From contig OZ316897.1 of NCBI GenBank assembly GCA_973895155.1, positions 4,496,211 through 4,560,210 of the forward strand: a stretch of 64,000 nt of DNA, written 5' to 3'. How positions within the stretch are numbered: the first letter of the stretch is position 1; every line of letters starts with the position of its first letter. Below, piece after piece: positions 10,721-24,600 of this stretch. Both the position numbers and the translations under genes were made by a program. The notes beneath the pieces are model-generated. The model saw only the letters and a program-made list of their open reading frames with translations, was not told the DNA's origin and ran no database searches. This DNA comes from Marsupella aquatica (lineage: Eukaryota > Plantae > Marchantiophyta).

Positions 10721-13700
10721 TTACTGTATTGGAAAATCAGTACTTGAGTGATAGTGTTGCATGTGGACAAATTGTGCATAGGCTTGATCCATAGCCATGA
10801 GGTCGGAGTGAGTGCCGTATTCAAGGATTTCTCCGTCCTTCATCATGGCAATCATGTCAGCATTGCGAATGCTGGACATGCGATGAGCAATAACAATTGT
10901 GGTACGACCTTTCATGATTCGGTCTAGCGCTTCCTGCACGAGCTTCTCGGATTCTGCATCCAGAGCGCTGGTAGCCTCGTCCAACAATAATATGGCTGGA
11001 CTTCGAAGCACTGCCCTAGCAATCGCTATTCTTTGCTTCTGTCCTCCAGAGAGCTTTATCCCTCTCTCTCCCACTGGTGTCTTGTAAGCTTCTGGCAATG
11101 CGCAGACGAAGTTGTGCGCATTAGCTGTCTTCGCTGCCTCAATAACTTCGCATTCTGACGCATCCTCCTTTCCGTAAAGTATATTTTCGTAGATGCTGGA
11201 CGCAAACAGCGCCGGCTCTTGTTGAACTAAGCCAATATGTTGTCTTAATGATCGTAGGTTCAGACTTACTATATCTTTGCCGTCGATGAATATCCTTCCG
11301 GCTAGAGGATCGTAGAACCTTTGAATCAGAACGATGACGGAACTCTTTCCTGATCCACTTGCTCCAACCAGAGCCAAGCTTGAGCCAGCATTAACCTTTA
11401 GGTTAAAGTTTCTGAAAACAGGAATCGTTGCTCTCATCGGATAGTTAAATGCTACATGTTGGAACTCAATGTCTCCTTGTACATGAGTCAATTTCTCCGC
11501 GTCAGGATTGTCCGGGTCAATCTGAGACTTCCGATCTAGTATGTTGAAGACCGAAGTGAGTGCTATGTCGCCCTTGATGAAGTCCGGTGCCATGGCTATC
11601 GTCTCAGCCACTCCAAATGCGGCAAAGATCAAAACCATTATAATCTTGATGGAATTTGCAAAAGATGCCTCCCCTTTCTTCACTAGAGTGGATGCATACC
11701 ACAGCGTCAATCCGTACGAACTGTACATGAAAAATTGTGTAATGCCATACCCAATGCCTGCAACCTGAGCCCTTAAGCCTGAGTTCTGCCTAGCAATGTG
11801 CAGCTCTCTACTGTAAAAGTTAAGCACTTTTTCTTCTGCACAAAAGGCTGCGACAGTGCGAATATTACTCACTGCCTCTGCAACGGTAGCACTTGCTTTG
11901 GAATAAGCTTTGTTCAAATCTCCACCAAACCCTCGGAGAAAAAAGTTCTGCACAATTATTATCCGAAACGTCGATGTTAGTATCGCAAAACTCTCTACGT
12001 TCTGTGCGGAAGTGCGTACATGAAGGTTTGCCTTAATGGTCTGCCAATTGAGTGTGTGAAGCCCAATGGTTCGTAGATCGTTACCTCCCCTACCAGCGCA
12101 GCAATGAGAAGAGGGAACGTGGAGACTGTAACGCAAGCCACCCGCCAATCCAGAAAAAATGCAATTACAACGGCTGTCACCAGTAAGGAGATGTTCTGCA
12201 CAATGGTACAGATCCGGTCAGCAATAGCGGATCGGACTGATGCTGCGTCAGAGGCGAGGTTGGCGGCCAGCATGTTGCTACTGCTCTCGTCTCTGTCAAA
12301 CCATCCCATCTCGTTTCTGAGGATTCCTGTAGTGCAACTTGCCTCAATTTAGTCTTTTCTCCGAGTCAAAAGGTGTGCTACAATTTGAAACACAAAAACT
12401 AGTAATCTTGACCGTTTACCGTCAGTAACGAAGATTTCTGCTACGCAAATAGAAAGAGATTCCCGGGGCAGATCTTCCCTAATCATAGCAGAGATTTTCA
12501 GGTCACTGCGCTTCTCACGCAGAAAGGGGTTCATTACATCCAATGTCTCTGTAGGGTGCCGTTGAAACGGCCAAGTTCCAACAGGCCATGGAACCACAGA
12601 ATCTGTATTTCTGAGCTCATTAGGCTTGCTGGACTAGTCAAAAATAGAGACCACCGCAGCCATTTCCATTTCTCCAGACTTCAAATTGAAGAAATGGAAA
12701 TGGCTGAGGTGGTCTAGTGAGCTCATCAGGCTTGCCCGGATAAGTCAGAGATACAGATCACAACAGCCAACTCCATTTCCATTTGGCTAAAACTTGACAC
12801 TCAGCTGATGGTCTACTGTAAGCTAGGAATTATGGATATTGTTCTGCAGAAAAGAGTTCAATGGGAAGAGAGTGATTGGTATCTTCAGGTAATTGCAGAT
12901 GTTCCAAGTACAAGTCACGAACCCAAATGATGAGAAAAGCATCGAAAGGTCCCAGGAGTGCACTGTCTTGATTCGTGCTGATAACATTTTTCCAAAAGAT
13001 CTAAATTCAATTCCGAGTACTCTTGATAAGAAGGGGTCCTATTACGTGTTAGACTTGCGATTCCAAAGAATAGGATTTCCCGTACCGTACCTGAAAACAT
13101 CAACTCCCGGACCCTCGTTGTAAGCGTCTCACCCATTGCAGCGAAGTAGTAGTGCTGAAGAAGGTGTCCAAGAACAACAACTAGCACCGCTCCAGTGAAT
13201 ATAGATGTGTACTTCCGCACCTCCCTCTCCATTTCTCGCATATTGGGGTCGTAAAATGTCACCAAAACCTGGGCGATGGTGAAGGCAACGAGCGGGAACT
13301 CGCATCCTGCAATTACTGCTCCGATAGTCCCTAGCAATCCGTAGTGCCACTCTGACGCATTTAACTTCAGCAATCTCCAGAGTACTGGCCCTGTTTTACA
13401 TGCATCGCTGCACTCCAGCGGTTGACAGCATGCTCCCAATCGCATACTTGGCGTCAGTTGTCTCGCTGGCTGTGTCGACGAACCTCCGGCGGTTTCGATG
13501 ACACAAGCGGGTATAAGTTCTTCCCTGCATTCATCATGGCTTGAATCATATATCATCTCGTTCGTCGTAGCCCAAACTATTTCTGCTTTGTGTTGAATGA
13601 GTATGTGGGCCTTATATGTTTCTTCAAACGTAGGAAGTAAAGCAAAAAACGAATATGCATCTACAAGCAACTGTTCTGGCCTCTACTTTGATTGTCCTAC

Positions 13701-16700
13701 TGCATTGAGATGTGAGCATTGGTGCCAATCGTGAGCCAAAATGTAATTTTGAACTTTGCAAGGCTTAGTTTTAATTTATTGGTGGACATCAGGTCGAGCC
13801 CTGGACACTCGGCTGACAATTTGGTCATGATAATCACTTATTGGCTATGAGGGTGCCACCGGCTACTGAAGTTCTCCCGCCACAAGCCTACATATTGCTG
13901 TTAGTCGACTTCAGAGCATAACTTACTCGAGCTCAACTTGTCTTGGGGACCTTGGGGAAGTTCCTTGCCCTTCTCCTCTGTGGTACCCCGCCTCTTGCAA
14001 TTTTACCAGCCCGGCATACTCGCCTCCGCGGCCCCTGGCTAACAACTCCTCATGAGTTCCGGTCTCAATAACAGTGCCGTTTTGCACCACACCAATCATA
14101 TCTGCTTTGCGAATAGTGGCAAGATGGTGCGTAACGACAACTGTCGTCCTGCCAAGCATGAGGCAATCAAGCGCCTCCTGAACAAGCTTCTGTGACCCTG
14201 GGTCCAGGGCGCTAGTTGCCTCATCGAGGAGCAAAATTCTGGGGTTTTTTAACATCGCTCTAGCAATGGCAACCCGTTGCTTCTGACCTCCAGAGAGTTG
14301 AACACCTCTCTCTCCAACCTGCAAACATTTTGATCGAGCTTCAATATCTGCGAAAAGAAGGTTTTCGTTCCTCTGTCCTCCACAAGTGGACAACCTCAAT
14401 AGTTTGGAGTGGCCGAGAGATAGACATCTACACATTACTGGTACCGCTAAGTACGGGTTCTCTCGGTGATCCTCTATGGAGACAAATGAGTGCATGTGTC
14501 AACAATGTATTTCTCCCGCTTTGGGGTATTTCATGAACTCAACAGGACTCTGGACGTAAAACATTCGAGGACGAGATTTTTGAACCTGTGTGTCATAACC
14601 GGATGGCAGCTTACTGATAAAGCTGTGAGCATTAGCAGCGGTTGCAGCTGACAGAACCTCCTCTCTGCTGGCTGTGGCCTTTCCGTACAACAGATTCTCC
14701 CAAATGGTGGTGGCAAAGAGGGCGGGCTCCTGGTTTACAAGGCCAATCTGCTCTCTTAACCACTTCAAATGCAATAGTTTGATGGGCCTCCCATCAAGCA
14801 GAACTTTTCCTGCATCGTCGCGAAATCCGCAGTTGTGAGACCAAGCACTAAACTTGAAGTAGACCAGTGTGGACAAGTTCTTTTTACGATGAACTGTGCA
14901 TTCCAAAACCAAGCATTTTGGGGACGTGATTCAGTTCATTTACAGAGGGCTTTACATTGGGGGGGAATGATGACAAGTATCTCTCGTGCGATGTCAACTA
15001 CCGTTTTGGACAACAGTACCGAATATCTTTCCTGCGGATAGTAAGCAAGTCTTTTGAGCGAGATACACCTGAGGTGGGCTCGTAGAAGCGTTCAATTAGT
15101 CCAAGAATCGAGCTTTTGCCAGAACCACTGCTCCCTACAAGAGCCACTGTCCTACCAGGAGGAATGATTAGACTGAAGTCGTTGAGAACAAGCGCTTCGG
15201 GACGCGATGGATAACTAAAGCACACCTCTTGCAGCTCAATCTGGCCATCAACCCTTGTTAATCTCTTCCCAACAGTTTGCTGGATTGCAGACTTTCGGTT
15301 GATCATCTCAAAAATGTTGAATGCTGCTGATTTTCCTTTCGAAAAGGCCGCCAGGTTTGGAGCTCCTTGACCAAGAGCACTGTACAAGAAGGTCAATAGG
15401 TTAGACACCGCAATTGTGAAATTCAAGTCTTGTAGACAAGTGATTAGAATCTGTGGTCTTTATTGCACGCTTATCAGGAGATTTGCCTCCAATCAAGGAT
15501 TTCTTCATCCACACGATTCAAAAAGCCTAACTTAAAAGACAAGATCCGATCGCCCGTAGAGCAGATGGATAGTTTTGCAATGTGCTTGATTCCCAAATCT
15601 CCTTTTAGTTTCAAACCAATTATCTCACCTTGCAACTCTAAGGCGAGGAAACGCTAGAGATATTAAGACAGGACATTTCCCGGGCTCCAGTGAACAGATA
15701 TTCTCCAGTTCGAGTCTCTACAGAAACTTTGCGTTACATTGCACCCGGAGGTGAGGCCGACTAAAAATCATGACATGGAAGTAGGAAAGTGAGATAGATA
15801 AACCATACATTCCACCAACAATAACATTGAGGATGGTGGTGAACGCTTTGCCTCCATTTGTGGTTCCAGCTCTGACCAGGATCCCAGAGTACCAAAGAAG
15901 CAGAGCCCAAGCACCTACGCACAGTCCATAGGTAATACCGAGCCCCAGCCCTTTCGTCAAACCACCTTGCTTTCCCAACTTCAGCGTGTGTTGCAGTGCC
16001 TTTGCGTACTGCCGGACAGCACTTGCCTCTCCAACAAATGCGTATACTGTCTTCACCTGGGCTATGACCTAGATCAACACAAAAAGCAGCAGAACCCCAG
16101 GTCACTACGTTCAGCCACAAACTAGTTGGAGTACCAAATTATTTCTCACAAAAGTGAGTTGTCGAGATTTGTAGACAGGAAATATAAACATAAATTGGAA
16201 AGAGCCATCTGCCTGTAGCCTGGGGTGTCTCAGGAGCGACCACCACCGCACAAAAACAGTGCAGATGGCAACCGGCAGGGACTTACACAAGGTGAAAATC
16301 ATCGTTCACATACTTGCTTCAGATCTTTGCTCGAGGTGCTTACCTGCTGCGCAATTTTGCCGGCTTCCTCGTAGGCCTGCTGAGTTTTTGCCTCGTGACC
16401 TATCATGGTCAGGGCGTATGCTGCGCCTGCTACCACTATAGCAGGAACCACAGCTAGAGTAGTGAGGGAGAGCTGCCATACAGATGAAAAAGCCATTGCG
16501 AAGCCTGCAATGAACTTAGCCATGAAATGTATGTAGTTTCCTGCCTGCATAGCAACCGTCAGTAAGTACTTCTTCAGCCGTGGACTGAAAATTTTGAAAT
16601 TGAGATTTACAACGTGGTTACCTAGGTGTTGTCTGGGACCATTCACATTCATCTTACTGTCTATATAAGATTTATTCTAGCTCCAGATTCCATCCTGTGT

Positions 16701-18696
16701 GGCTTACGAAGCAGTCTGTCACTACTACGCCAAAGGCACGGATGTTCCACAACGCTTGACAGCTATAAAAATTGTGGTCATGACGAGAAACATTTCTTAC
16801 ATGATCGACCACGGTGCCAGTAGTTTTGGCTTCAATGAGTAGTTCTTGTCAGCTGCTCGAAGTTATAGATGGAGTAATGTATTCTCTAAACTTTTGCACT
16901 GATCATTTTCAATACAGATGGTAGACAGACAGACCGTTCAATGAGAGTAGCGACAAGTACCTTCTCACTGATCGCATCCTGCACTAAAACCGTATCTACT
17001 TGAAGACGACCGATTATGGCACTTGTTGAGTCATCTGGGTCAAAAAAACTAATTTCTTGACTTAGCACTGCTTTCAATAGTGCTATTCGCATACGAGCAG
17101 ACTGTCTCTCACCCGTCTGAATCCAGCTCGCAACCTCTGCAAACCCACTTACAATACACACAGAATTCAATCGATTTACTTAATTTTGAAGTATCCTGTC
17201 CCAGATGGGACAAGGGAAAGAAATTGCAAGAACCCAAGACAGTTTGCCAGTAAAAGCGAATTCAAAAATGAGAATACAAGAACATTAGTACGTTTCTAAC
17301 CTGGATAGAATTTACCAGTTTTGCTCTTCTCTTTGAGATTATCAGAAGACAAAAAGCTACTCTGAAGACGTGTTTCTCTTGTCCATTTGGTATTTTCGAG
17401 ACTTGATATCACACACTAATGAGAAGGAAATTTATGACATCAAATAATTCTGAGTTCCATCCCTGGCCACGGATCTTGTGAGCATTTATGAACCTTCTTA
17501 AACGAACCATTTTCTAGCCACACCTAATCTGGTGGTGAGCTACAGAGTTTGATTAGAGAGTTGATTGTACGTACCAAGCCAACAGGCACCAAGGACAACC
17601 AATCCAAGGTAGAACAGGTATAATGCGTACTGTCAAGAGAGCACAAAGACCGATTCAAGTTAAAAACCACACAGGTACGGTGGCTGATGACAAAGTGAGT
17701 AAAAGCTTGGGAACTAGTCAACTGATTCACTGACTCAGGACCTAAGGAGGTTCATTGTCAACAATTCAGCATGACATAGACACTGTGTTTCCAGTTGCAG
17801 AGTGAACAATGATTGTCCACCCTTTCGACTGAATTGTTTCATTTCTTCCGAGATATGGAATTTGCTCTAGCTAGTATGTTAAACAATTGAGACAATTCCA
17901 GTCGGAGGGTGGAAAATCGACCGAGATTGTCCTTTTAATGATTACCATCCTACAAAGGATAGGCTCCGATCTCAATGTCATTCTCAAAGCCAGCAGGTCA
18001 GGTGTTCGAAGGACCATTTTCATTGTGAAAATTGTGATCTTATAGAAACAGATGGGCAAGCACCTTGGATACTTCTTTGCCCATTTTATCAGGGTCGTTG
18101 TAGTTGGCTCCAAATGAATCGATGAGATCCCCAAAGAACAGGAAGAAGACGGGAACAGCCACTCCATGCACACATGCTCCTGTCGTTCCAACTGCTATCA
18201 AAATGTGATCCCACCAATCTGCAAACATGAAGAGTTTGTAGAAAGGGACTTGAGTTGTGGTGGTGACGTTCACCTCCTTCGGCTTGGGCTTTTTGAACAC
18301 TTTAAGCTTCATATCCTCCAGCTTTTGCCTCAACGACGGATTCGCGTTTGGTGTGCACTTAACAATGACCACAACATCGCCAGAAATTCTCCCCGGATTT
18401 TCAAGCTCTTGAGAGATCTCGAACATGGAAATCTGCGACTTCTCCTTTCCATCGGTATTTCCCGAAGACATGTCACAACTCGCACTACTGCACGTTGCCT
18501 GCTCATCATCGATGCCAAATTCAGCCGTTGGCCGTGAATAATTGTTGTCGGAGGAACAGGCCGCCTCTTCGTCATCCTTGATTTTCTTTGACTCAACAGG
18601 TGCAATTTTGTGAGCGACTTCAGCAGAGGATTCCATGCCACCAGCCAATTGTGACATTTTCTCTCCATCGTCAACTTGGGAGCACGGCAAGCCCAT
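10721..18696 (-). CDS. ABCB: Full-size ABC transporter, subfamily B (MDR/P-glycoprotein; ABCB1/13/19-like), multi-exon
   Basis: GT-AG exons at 18696-18064, 17629-17575, 17136-16961, 16544-16344, 16068-15809, 15379-15069, 14809-14586, 14318-~13927, ~13600-13091 (linker junction unresolved), 12326-12085 and 11947-10721. Architecture TMD-NBD-TMD-NBD with Walker [25 protein letters not shown] signatures, [11 protein letters not shown] and [10 protein letters not shown]. Confidence 0.95.
12648..12715. repeat. Intronic inverted repeat (26-bp stem, 1 mismatch, 16-nt loop)
   Basis: agaccaccgcagccatttccatttct / agaaatggaaatggctgaggtggtct. Confidence 0.9.
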
Positions 18697-20502
18697 TACG
18701 GCATCTCATGATCATTGCCAGTATGCTTTGGATCATGATCGGCTATAGTCCCTCAAATCACGGGAAGAGAAAAGGCTGTTTGCCATCCAAATGTGCACTT
18801 TCACCCTAGCGCCACGTTGAGCAGTGGGTTGGCACTAGTGAACCTTACTGTTTAAGTTCAACTAGAGGTCTCTGTAAAAATTGGTAGCAAATGAATTACA
18901 CATGATGCCACGATTTGGCGTCACCTTGATATCTTCAAGCCATTTCCATTTGGCGGGATTCTTACTTTTGTCAACTGTGGCCTCCTCATGATTACAGGTG
19001 AACAATTACTTCAACTAGCTACGGACGAGACAAACTCAAAAATTGCTTGAATGTGTCCTGATCGAGATAATCACATTGACCAATATCGTTTCCTAGACGC
19101 TCCTTTCAAATAGACAAGGAAAGGTTTCTTAATGTACACACAAATTCCCATCCTTTCCTGCATCTCCCACCGCCGACCAGTTTCTACCGCTTGTGGCTGT
19201 CCCGTCGGAACAGCAATTCGATGAATACTTAGATTTATTGATGCTTGGGCAACTGCACCGTTTCTCACTTTTCGCATGTAATTTCTTGGACATTTCAGTT
19301 ATTCGGCTTCAGATAGCACAGGTACATGCAGCAACAGATGCCATGCATCGGTCTGTAACTGTTTGTGGACATTATCAACATCCTCCAAACATAAGGGCTC
19401 AGCCTCGATCGACGTCTACAAGAAGAACGCGAATCGGAACGTGTCGATCTTCCCACCGGAGTTGACTTTAGGGTTCATTATGTATCGAGAACTGGGAATA
19501 GCGACGAGTAACCGCCGCTTCTCAACCTGGTTTACAATGCTCAGACGGCTCTGACAGAAGCATACAGAGGTACTCCAAGAAACAGGTTACAGACTCAACT
19601 GCTGATTGCTGTCCATCAATCGACAGTTTCACAATCTTTGTTAAAGGCGCGGCATGCGGCACCTGGATTCAACAAACTCGCCCGAGGAGAGATTCTCAAT
19701 TTTTTAGCCTTCATTCCAATCATCGAGGGCGTAAGACATTTTGGCGCTTCAATGCCTACAACTTCACACAAATCTGATAACTGCGCTTCGAGCACAAAAT
19801 TCTCTCAATGTCACAGAACGAATCATGGCATTTAGTGGACGTGTTTTCCAAGTGAAATCTAAGCGACGGGCTCCGTTCCTTGTTCGGTAATCTCGCTTCG
19901 CGTGTACTATAACCTTACAAGCCAGTCAATACTCTGTCTTTTCGGATCCTCGCCGGTAGGTACGTACCGTTCATGCCCTTAAGGTTTTCAATTTCAACTC
20001 AAACAGACTCCAGAATCATGAACCATGAGTTCCCTGTCGAACTGGCAACTAATCATGACCAATGCCTAACAGGTTCGAGAGTCGAGACTCCTCGCATCAC
20101 GTGCTCTTCGAACTATAAACTATTGATAATTCTCGCCCTGTTCACTTCCATCAACACAGATTGACAGATTTGACAGAAATTCACAGTTTTCGATACACAT
20201 CCAGAAGCCGTGATTTACGGGCCACTCTCAATGTGACGCTCGACTTTCGATTGCAATTGGCTACAGTAGCTGCCTGATCCCGTCGCATACGTGGTTGCGA
20301 TATCGGAGTATGATTGCAGAAAGGTATCGCGCCAAGGTGATAGCAACGACAGTAGATCCCAACGAACAAAACGTGTTGAGGAGAGGCTGCGTAAACAAGC
20401 TATGGCTTCTTCATCGGGCCAACTCCAACTCCGATTTGCCAACGTGAGAGTCAAGGGAAATGTTCTGGAAAGGCAACTACAGTGCCGTCTACTCACGGAA
20501 TC

Positions 20503-20673
20503 AGATATATATATCATATATATAGATAGAATTTAGGAGGGTAGAAGTGCTGGATGAGCAAGAGGCCACAACAACGTGTGTGTGATATATATATCATATA
20601 TATAGATAGAATTTAGGAGGGTGGAAGTGCTCAATGACCAAGAGGCCACAAAAGTGTGTGTGTGTGTGTGTGT
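20503..20673. repeat. ~80-bp tandem duplication with (TA)n and (TG)n tracts
   Basis: gatatatatatcatatatatagatagaatttaggagggt...agaggccacaa occurs twice and is followed by (TG)n. Confidence 0.9.
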
Positions 20674-22099
20674 TTACAAAATAGGGGGTCTCAAATATGA
20701 TACGCGAGCCCTCTGACTGCAGCTAGAGTTGAGGTTTGGATGGAGGGACGGATGCAGATTAGAAGTGCGCGGACTTCCATAGCCTAGCCCACACATTTTT
20801 GTCACGGGATTTTTTGGTTTCCCGTAGGCCACTTCCTCCCACTGCGTCCTGGAGGTTACTCGGAAAGCCTTGACACTCAAAAAGTCTGGCATGGACTTTC
20901 CGAGTTCACTCATTTTGGAGTTTGGACACTCTGAAAGTCTGGGCACTTGGAAAGTCTGGCCCTATCCTGCAGAAGAGGGAAATGGATTCATATTGGAGAC
21001 CCCCTGGTATATAACTCGGCTGCTGTCATTCCCTTTTTTCTATGGGTGATATGCAATCATCGCCATTCAAATGTGGGAACAAGACACTTCATTTTGCACT
21101 AACTTAGAGGCACAATGGCAAGGCTGCACTTCCTTATTTTCTATGGTTGAGATGCAATTTTCTATGGCTGAGATGCAATCCCAATCATTCAAGTGTGAGA
21201 ACAGGCAACACTTCACTTTTCATGAACTTGGGGCACAATCAAGGCAAAACCATTACCGACCCAAGTCATTAGCCAGTGGGTGCAGATGTGTGCATGCTTT
21301 GTTGTCAAAAAACATAGACTTTCTCTTTAGACTTGAGGGGGTCTAAAAGCATCGACCGGTCATTTAATTCAGGGTCTTTGCATTTATATCTCCAAACCTG
21401 ACACATTTAGTCCAACTACACTACTACAGTAGCCCTCCCCTTTGCATTGGATGGGGATACATTAAACTGCCCCACCTATCTTGTAAAGTCCACCTTGGTA
21501 CTGCACCAAGGAAAACTAATACTGTGAACTTGGACATCGTGTCATACTCCAGATTTACGCACGGCGCTGATTCGACCTTTCCAAGAACGCTTAGTGACCG
21601 CACGATGAACTTTTGAGTTTTAAGACGAAAAGCGGAAATTTCCTTTTGAATGCCAGTCAAATGACAGCATTACACAGAGAGAGTCGCCAACAAGGGGGAC
21701 CACAAAGGACGGCAAACAATACGAGAAAGGAGACCGACAGCACAAAAAGTACGGGAAGGGAGACAAATTATTATTATTACCACTATAGATAGATAGAGAG
21801 AAACTCAGAAAGATACACACGAAGCGAAATTGGCGCGAACGGCAGCCAACAATTTGTCGTTTAGTAGTCAATAACCTAGCGTGCAGATAACTGTTTCAAG
21901 CCGATTTTTACACCAGGCAGTATCACCATACCCCAACCACATGATACTATTACAAGATTTTGGATGATGGTAAACTCATTTATTGTTGCCAATTGGGTCC
22001 TACCAATGAAGGTTGCCTCTCTAGCAGTGCAGGGCACACAAAAGATTCCACACTTGGAAAATTGAAAGTTTTTTTTTTACTCAAATGTAAACAGGCGAG

Positions 22100-22720
22100 T
22101 GGGCAACATCTAAGGCCCAACTCCTATGTGCGAGGCCTTATGTTTTCGGGCTCTAAGCACTCCCTCAATGTTAGAATGAAAGCAGTCTTTGTCCAATAGT
22201 ATCTTCTCCCTGCAAACTTTGTTTTACTACATGTGTCCCATAGATGTTGTTTTCTTCCAGAGTTTAAGGTAGGAACCTGCAAGGGCCAGAAAACTTTCCG
22301 GTCCTGCCCTTGGGACCCAAAAAACTCTACTGTCAGGCCTGGTGCATGTGGGGATGATGCCAGAAAGTCTCGGTCATACGCATTCTCACACAACTCAAGT
22401 TGAGTACCGTGTTTTGAAGGACCTTGCACATGCGAGTTGAGCCTTAGTTTACCAGCACTCGCGAAATAGTTGGTGGAAAGTAGCTTGTGTTTGACAGGAG
22501 TATCTGTTGCCCTGCAAGTTTGGGCTTTTGTTTATTTATTTTCAAGCTTGAGGTCAGGACCTTGAGAGTCAGAAAGTTTTGGGCCCTTAGAAATCCTAAT
22601 ATTTTCCCTCATGCCTGGCATGGGAGGGGGGTTAGGCATCTTTCCCTTGCTCATTTGTATGCTGTCATGAGTCAGGTAGGGCCCCAAAACATAGGGGCGC
22701 TCACATGCAAGTTGGCTCTA
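22100..22720. repeat. Degenerate dispersed repeat, related to 28325-28470
   Basis: gcaagggccagaaactttccggtcctgcccttg (about 22279) is the reverse complement of caagggcaagggccggaaaatttccagcccttg (about 28327); a cttgcacatgc motif is shared. Confidence 0.45.
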
Positions 22721-24336
22721 AAAGTGAAACCCAAGGGGTTGTAACAAATGAGTGTTCAGGGGACAGTCTCTCTTAATATCAAACGTCTTGCCCATTGTTA
22801 TAAAGGTCCACAGCTTAAGGACAATAAGACTAGATACGGTGAGTTTGGGTATAATCTTATCATTTGCTCAACCCATGGTTTTCTGAAAGTTTCCCCAGAA
22901 AATCCTAATTTTCTCCTCTCTAACACCTCACTGAATGGAGCTGCCCCCCTCCCCCCCCCACCCCCCAATCACCTGCAACATTGTGTTGGCGCTTACAGCC
23001 TAAAACTTAAGAAAACCAATACCTTTTTGGAATTTTTTCCCCAACTAATTTGGAATATTCCAATAATTGGTTTACCTTGTAACAATTGGGCTTAAAAGAC
23101 CCTAATGTTCTTCCATAAAATTCTTTGAATCTTTCCTTAGAACTCATAAAATAATCATATGTTCCATGGCATGTGGTGTGCCATTTTTGCAGAAGTGAGA
23201 CCCCCTCGAAGACCCCCAAGCCTCTACCAACCCGCTCACCAATTGAGCCCGCTCATGCCTCCTCCCTCTCAAGCTCCCTCTCTAACAGAATTCTTCCTCT
23301 CTGATGAGTTCCCTGATACATGTGCCTCCCTTGTGCACGAGAGGGGAAGGAGAGGGCAAGCAAGGGAGGGAGTGCTGAGTAAAGACGACGTTCACAATGG
23401 CAAGCCCATGAACCCTCGCATGAACCATCTAACGCACAAGTAATTAACATAGAAAGATACATGGTTTGATCACCTCAGGTGAGGTTACGTCCATGGGAAC
23501 GCATGAGAGTTTTACTGCACTCTAGGCCCGTCGGCCATACTGAGTCTCCGCAGTACAAGATCTTCATATCTCTCAACTGGCTCCGTAACAATGAGCTTGA
23601 GTTTGGATAGTAGTCAACCTGACCTAGTCTACAACTAAGGTAAGCCCTAACTATGGTCCAGATCAAGCATCTCCCAATGTGACATAGCTTTGCCTTGTGC
23701 TTCTGCTAGGTCAAGAATTCATGGAATTTTGGCCCAGGAGCCATTGCCCAACATCTTGTGCACCCTCCCCAAACCGCGTTAAGATGAAACCACAAAAAAG
23801 ACAACATTGAACCATCATTTCCAACTAAAAGATGAAGACTTGAAGCCAAGCTCCCTGTCGATGTGAAAGGGAGGATTCAAAACTGAGTCGCAAGACCACA
23901 AGTTCCCAGAGGACCACAGCTGATTGTGCGCTGATCTCTTGTAATTTTGAGAGGCACTCAAGATTTGGATCCATTATGTGAAAATTATACTCTACTTATA
24001 CAAATTGGTAAAAAAAAAAAAACTCTTAGGTCATTAAGGGTATTGAGGTGCTCTTAAGAAAGAATCAGAGACAATAATAGCCCCTCCAAACTCAAGCCAA
24101 AGTTCTCATTTTGGGGGCCATTATGGTTTACAATGCCCTCTAACCCATATTATTATGGACCCCATGGAAGCTCCTTCCAAAATTTCCCGAAGCAAGTGCA
24201 ATCACATCAGAGCCGTTGGTCATAAACAAGAAGGGTCAGTTATGCATGTAGAATCAAACATGGCTGTTTGTGTTTGAGGCAAGAAGGCAAACTATCAAAT
24301 TCTGCTTAGTATCCAAGATGGATCAAGCACGAGGAC

Positions 24337-24600
24337 CAACATTCTTCTTGTGGCAAAGAATTCACCTCTCAGAAAAGTCATAGCCAGGTTTGGCTAAATT
24401 TAAGTAGGTTTATTTGTCTTCCATTAGTCATTTTCCTACCTTGCCACAGAGCTATCAGCTAGAATCTAACGACTATTCTTAAAATCTAGGGAAAAGAATT
24501 ATTGTAGGAAAATTACATAAAAAGATTCCTAGCATCTTCCCTTCATAAAAGGTTGATTGGCCACTCTGGGCAAAATGAAAAATCCTTCAAAATAAGGCTG
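24337..24600 (+). mobile_element. hAT-type MITE, copy 1
   Basis: caacattctt...aataaggctg termini; 8-bp flanks acgaggac/atcaggac (6/8); body alignable with 26856-27120. Confidence 0.65.
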
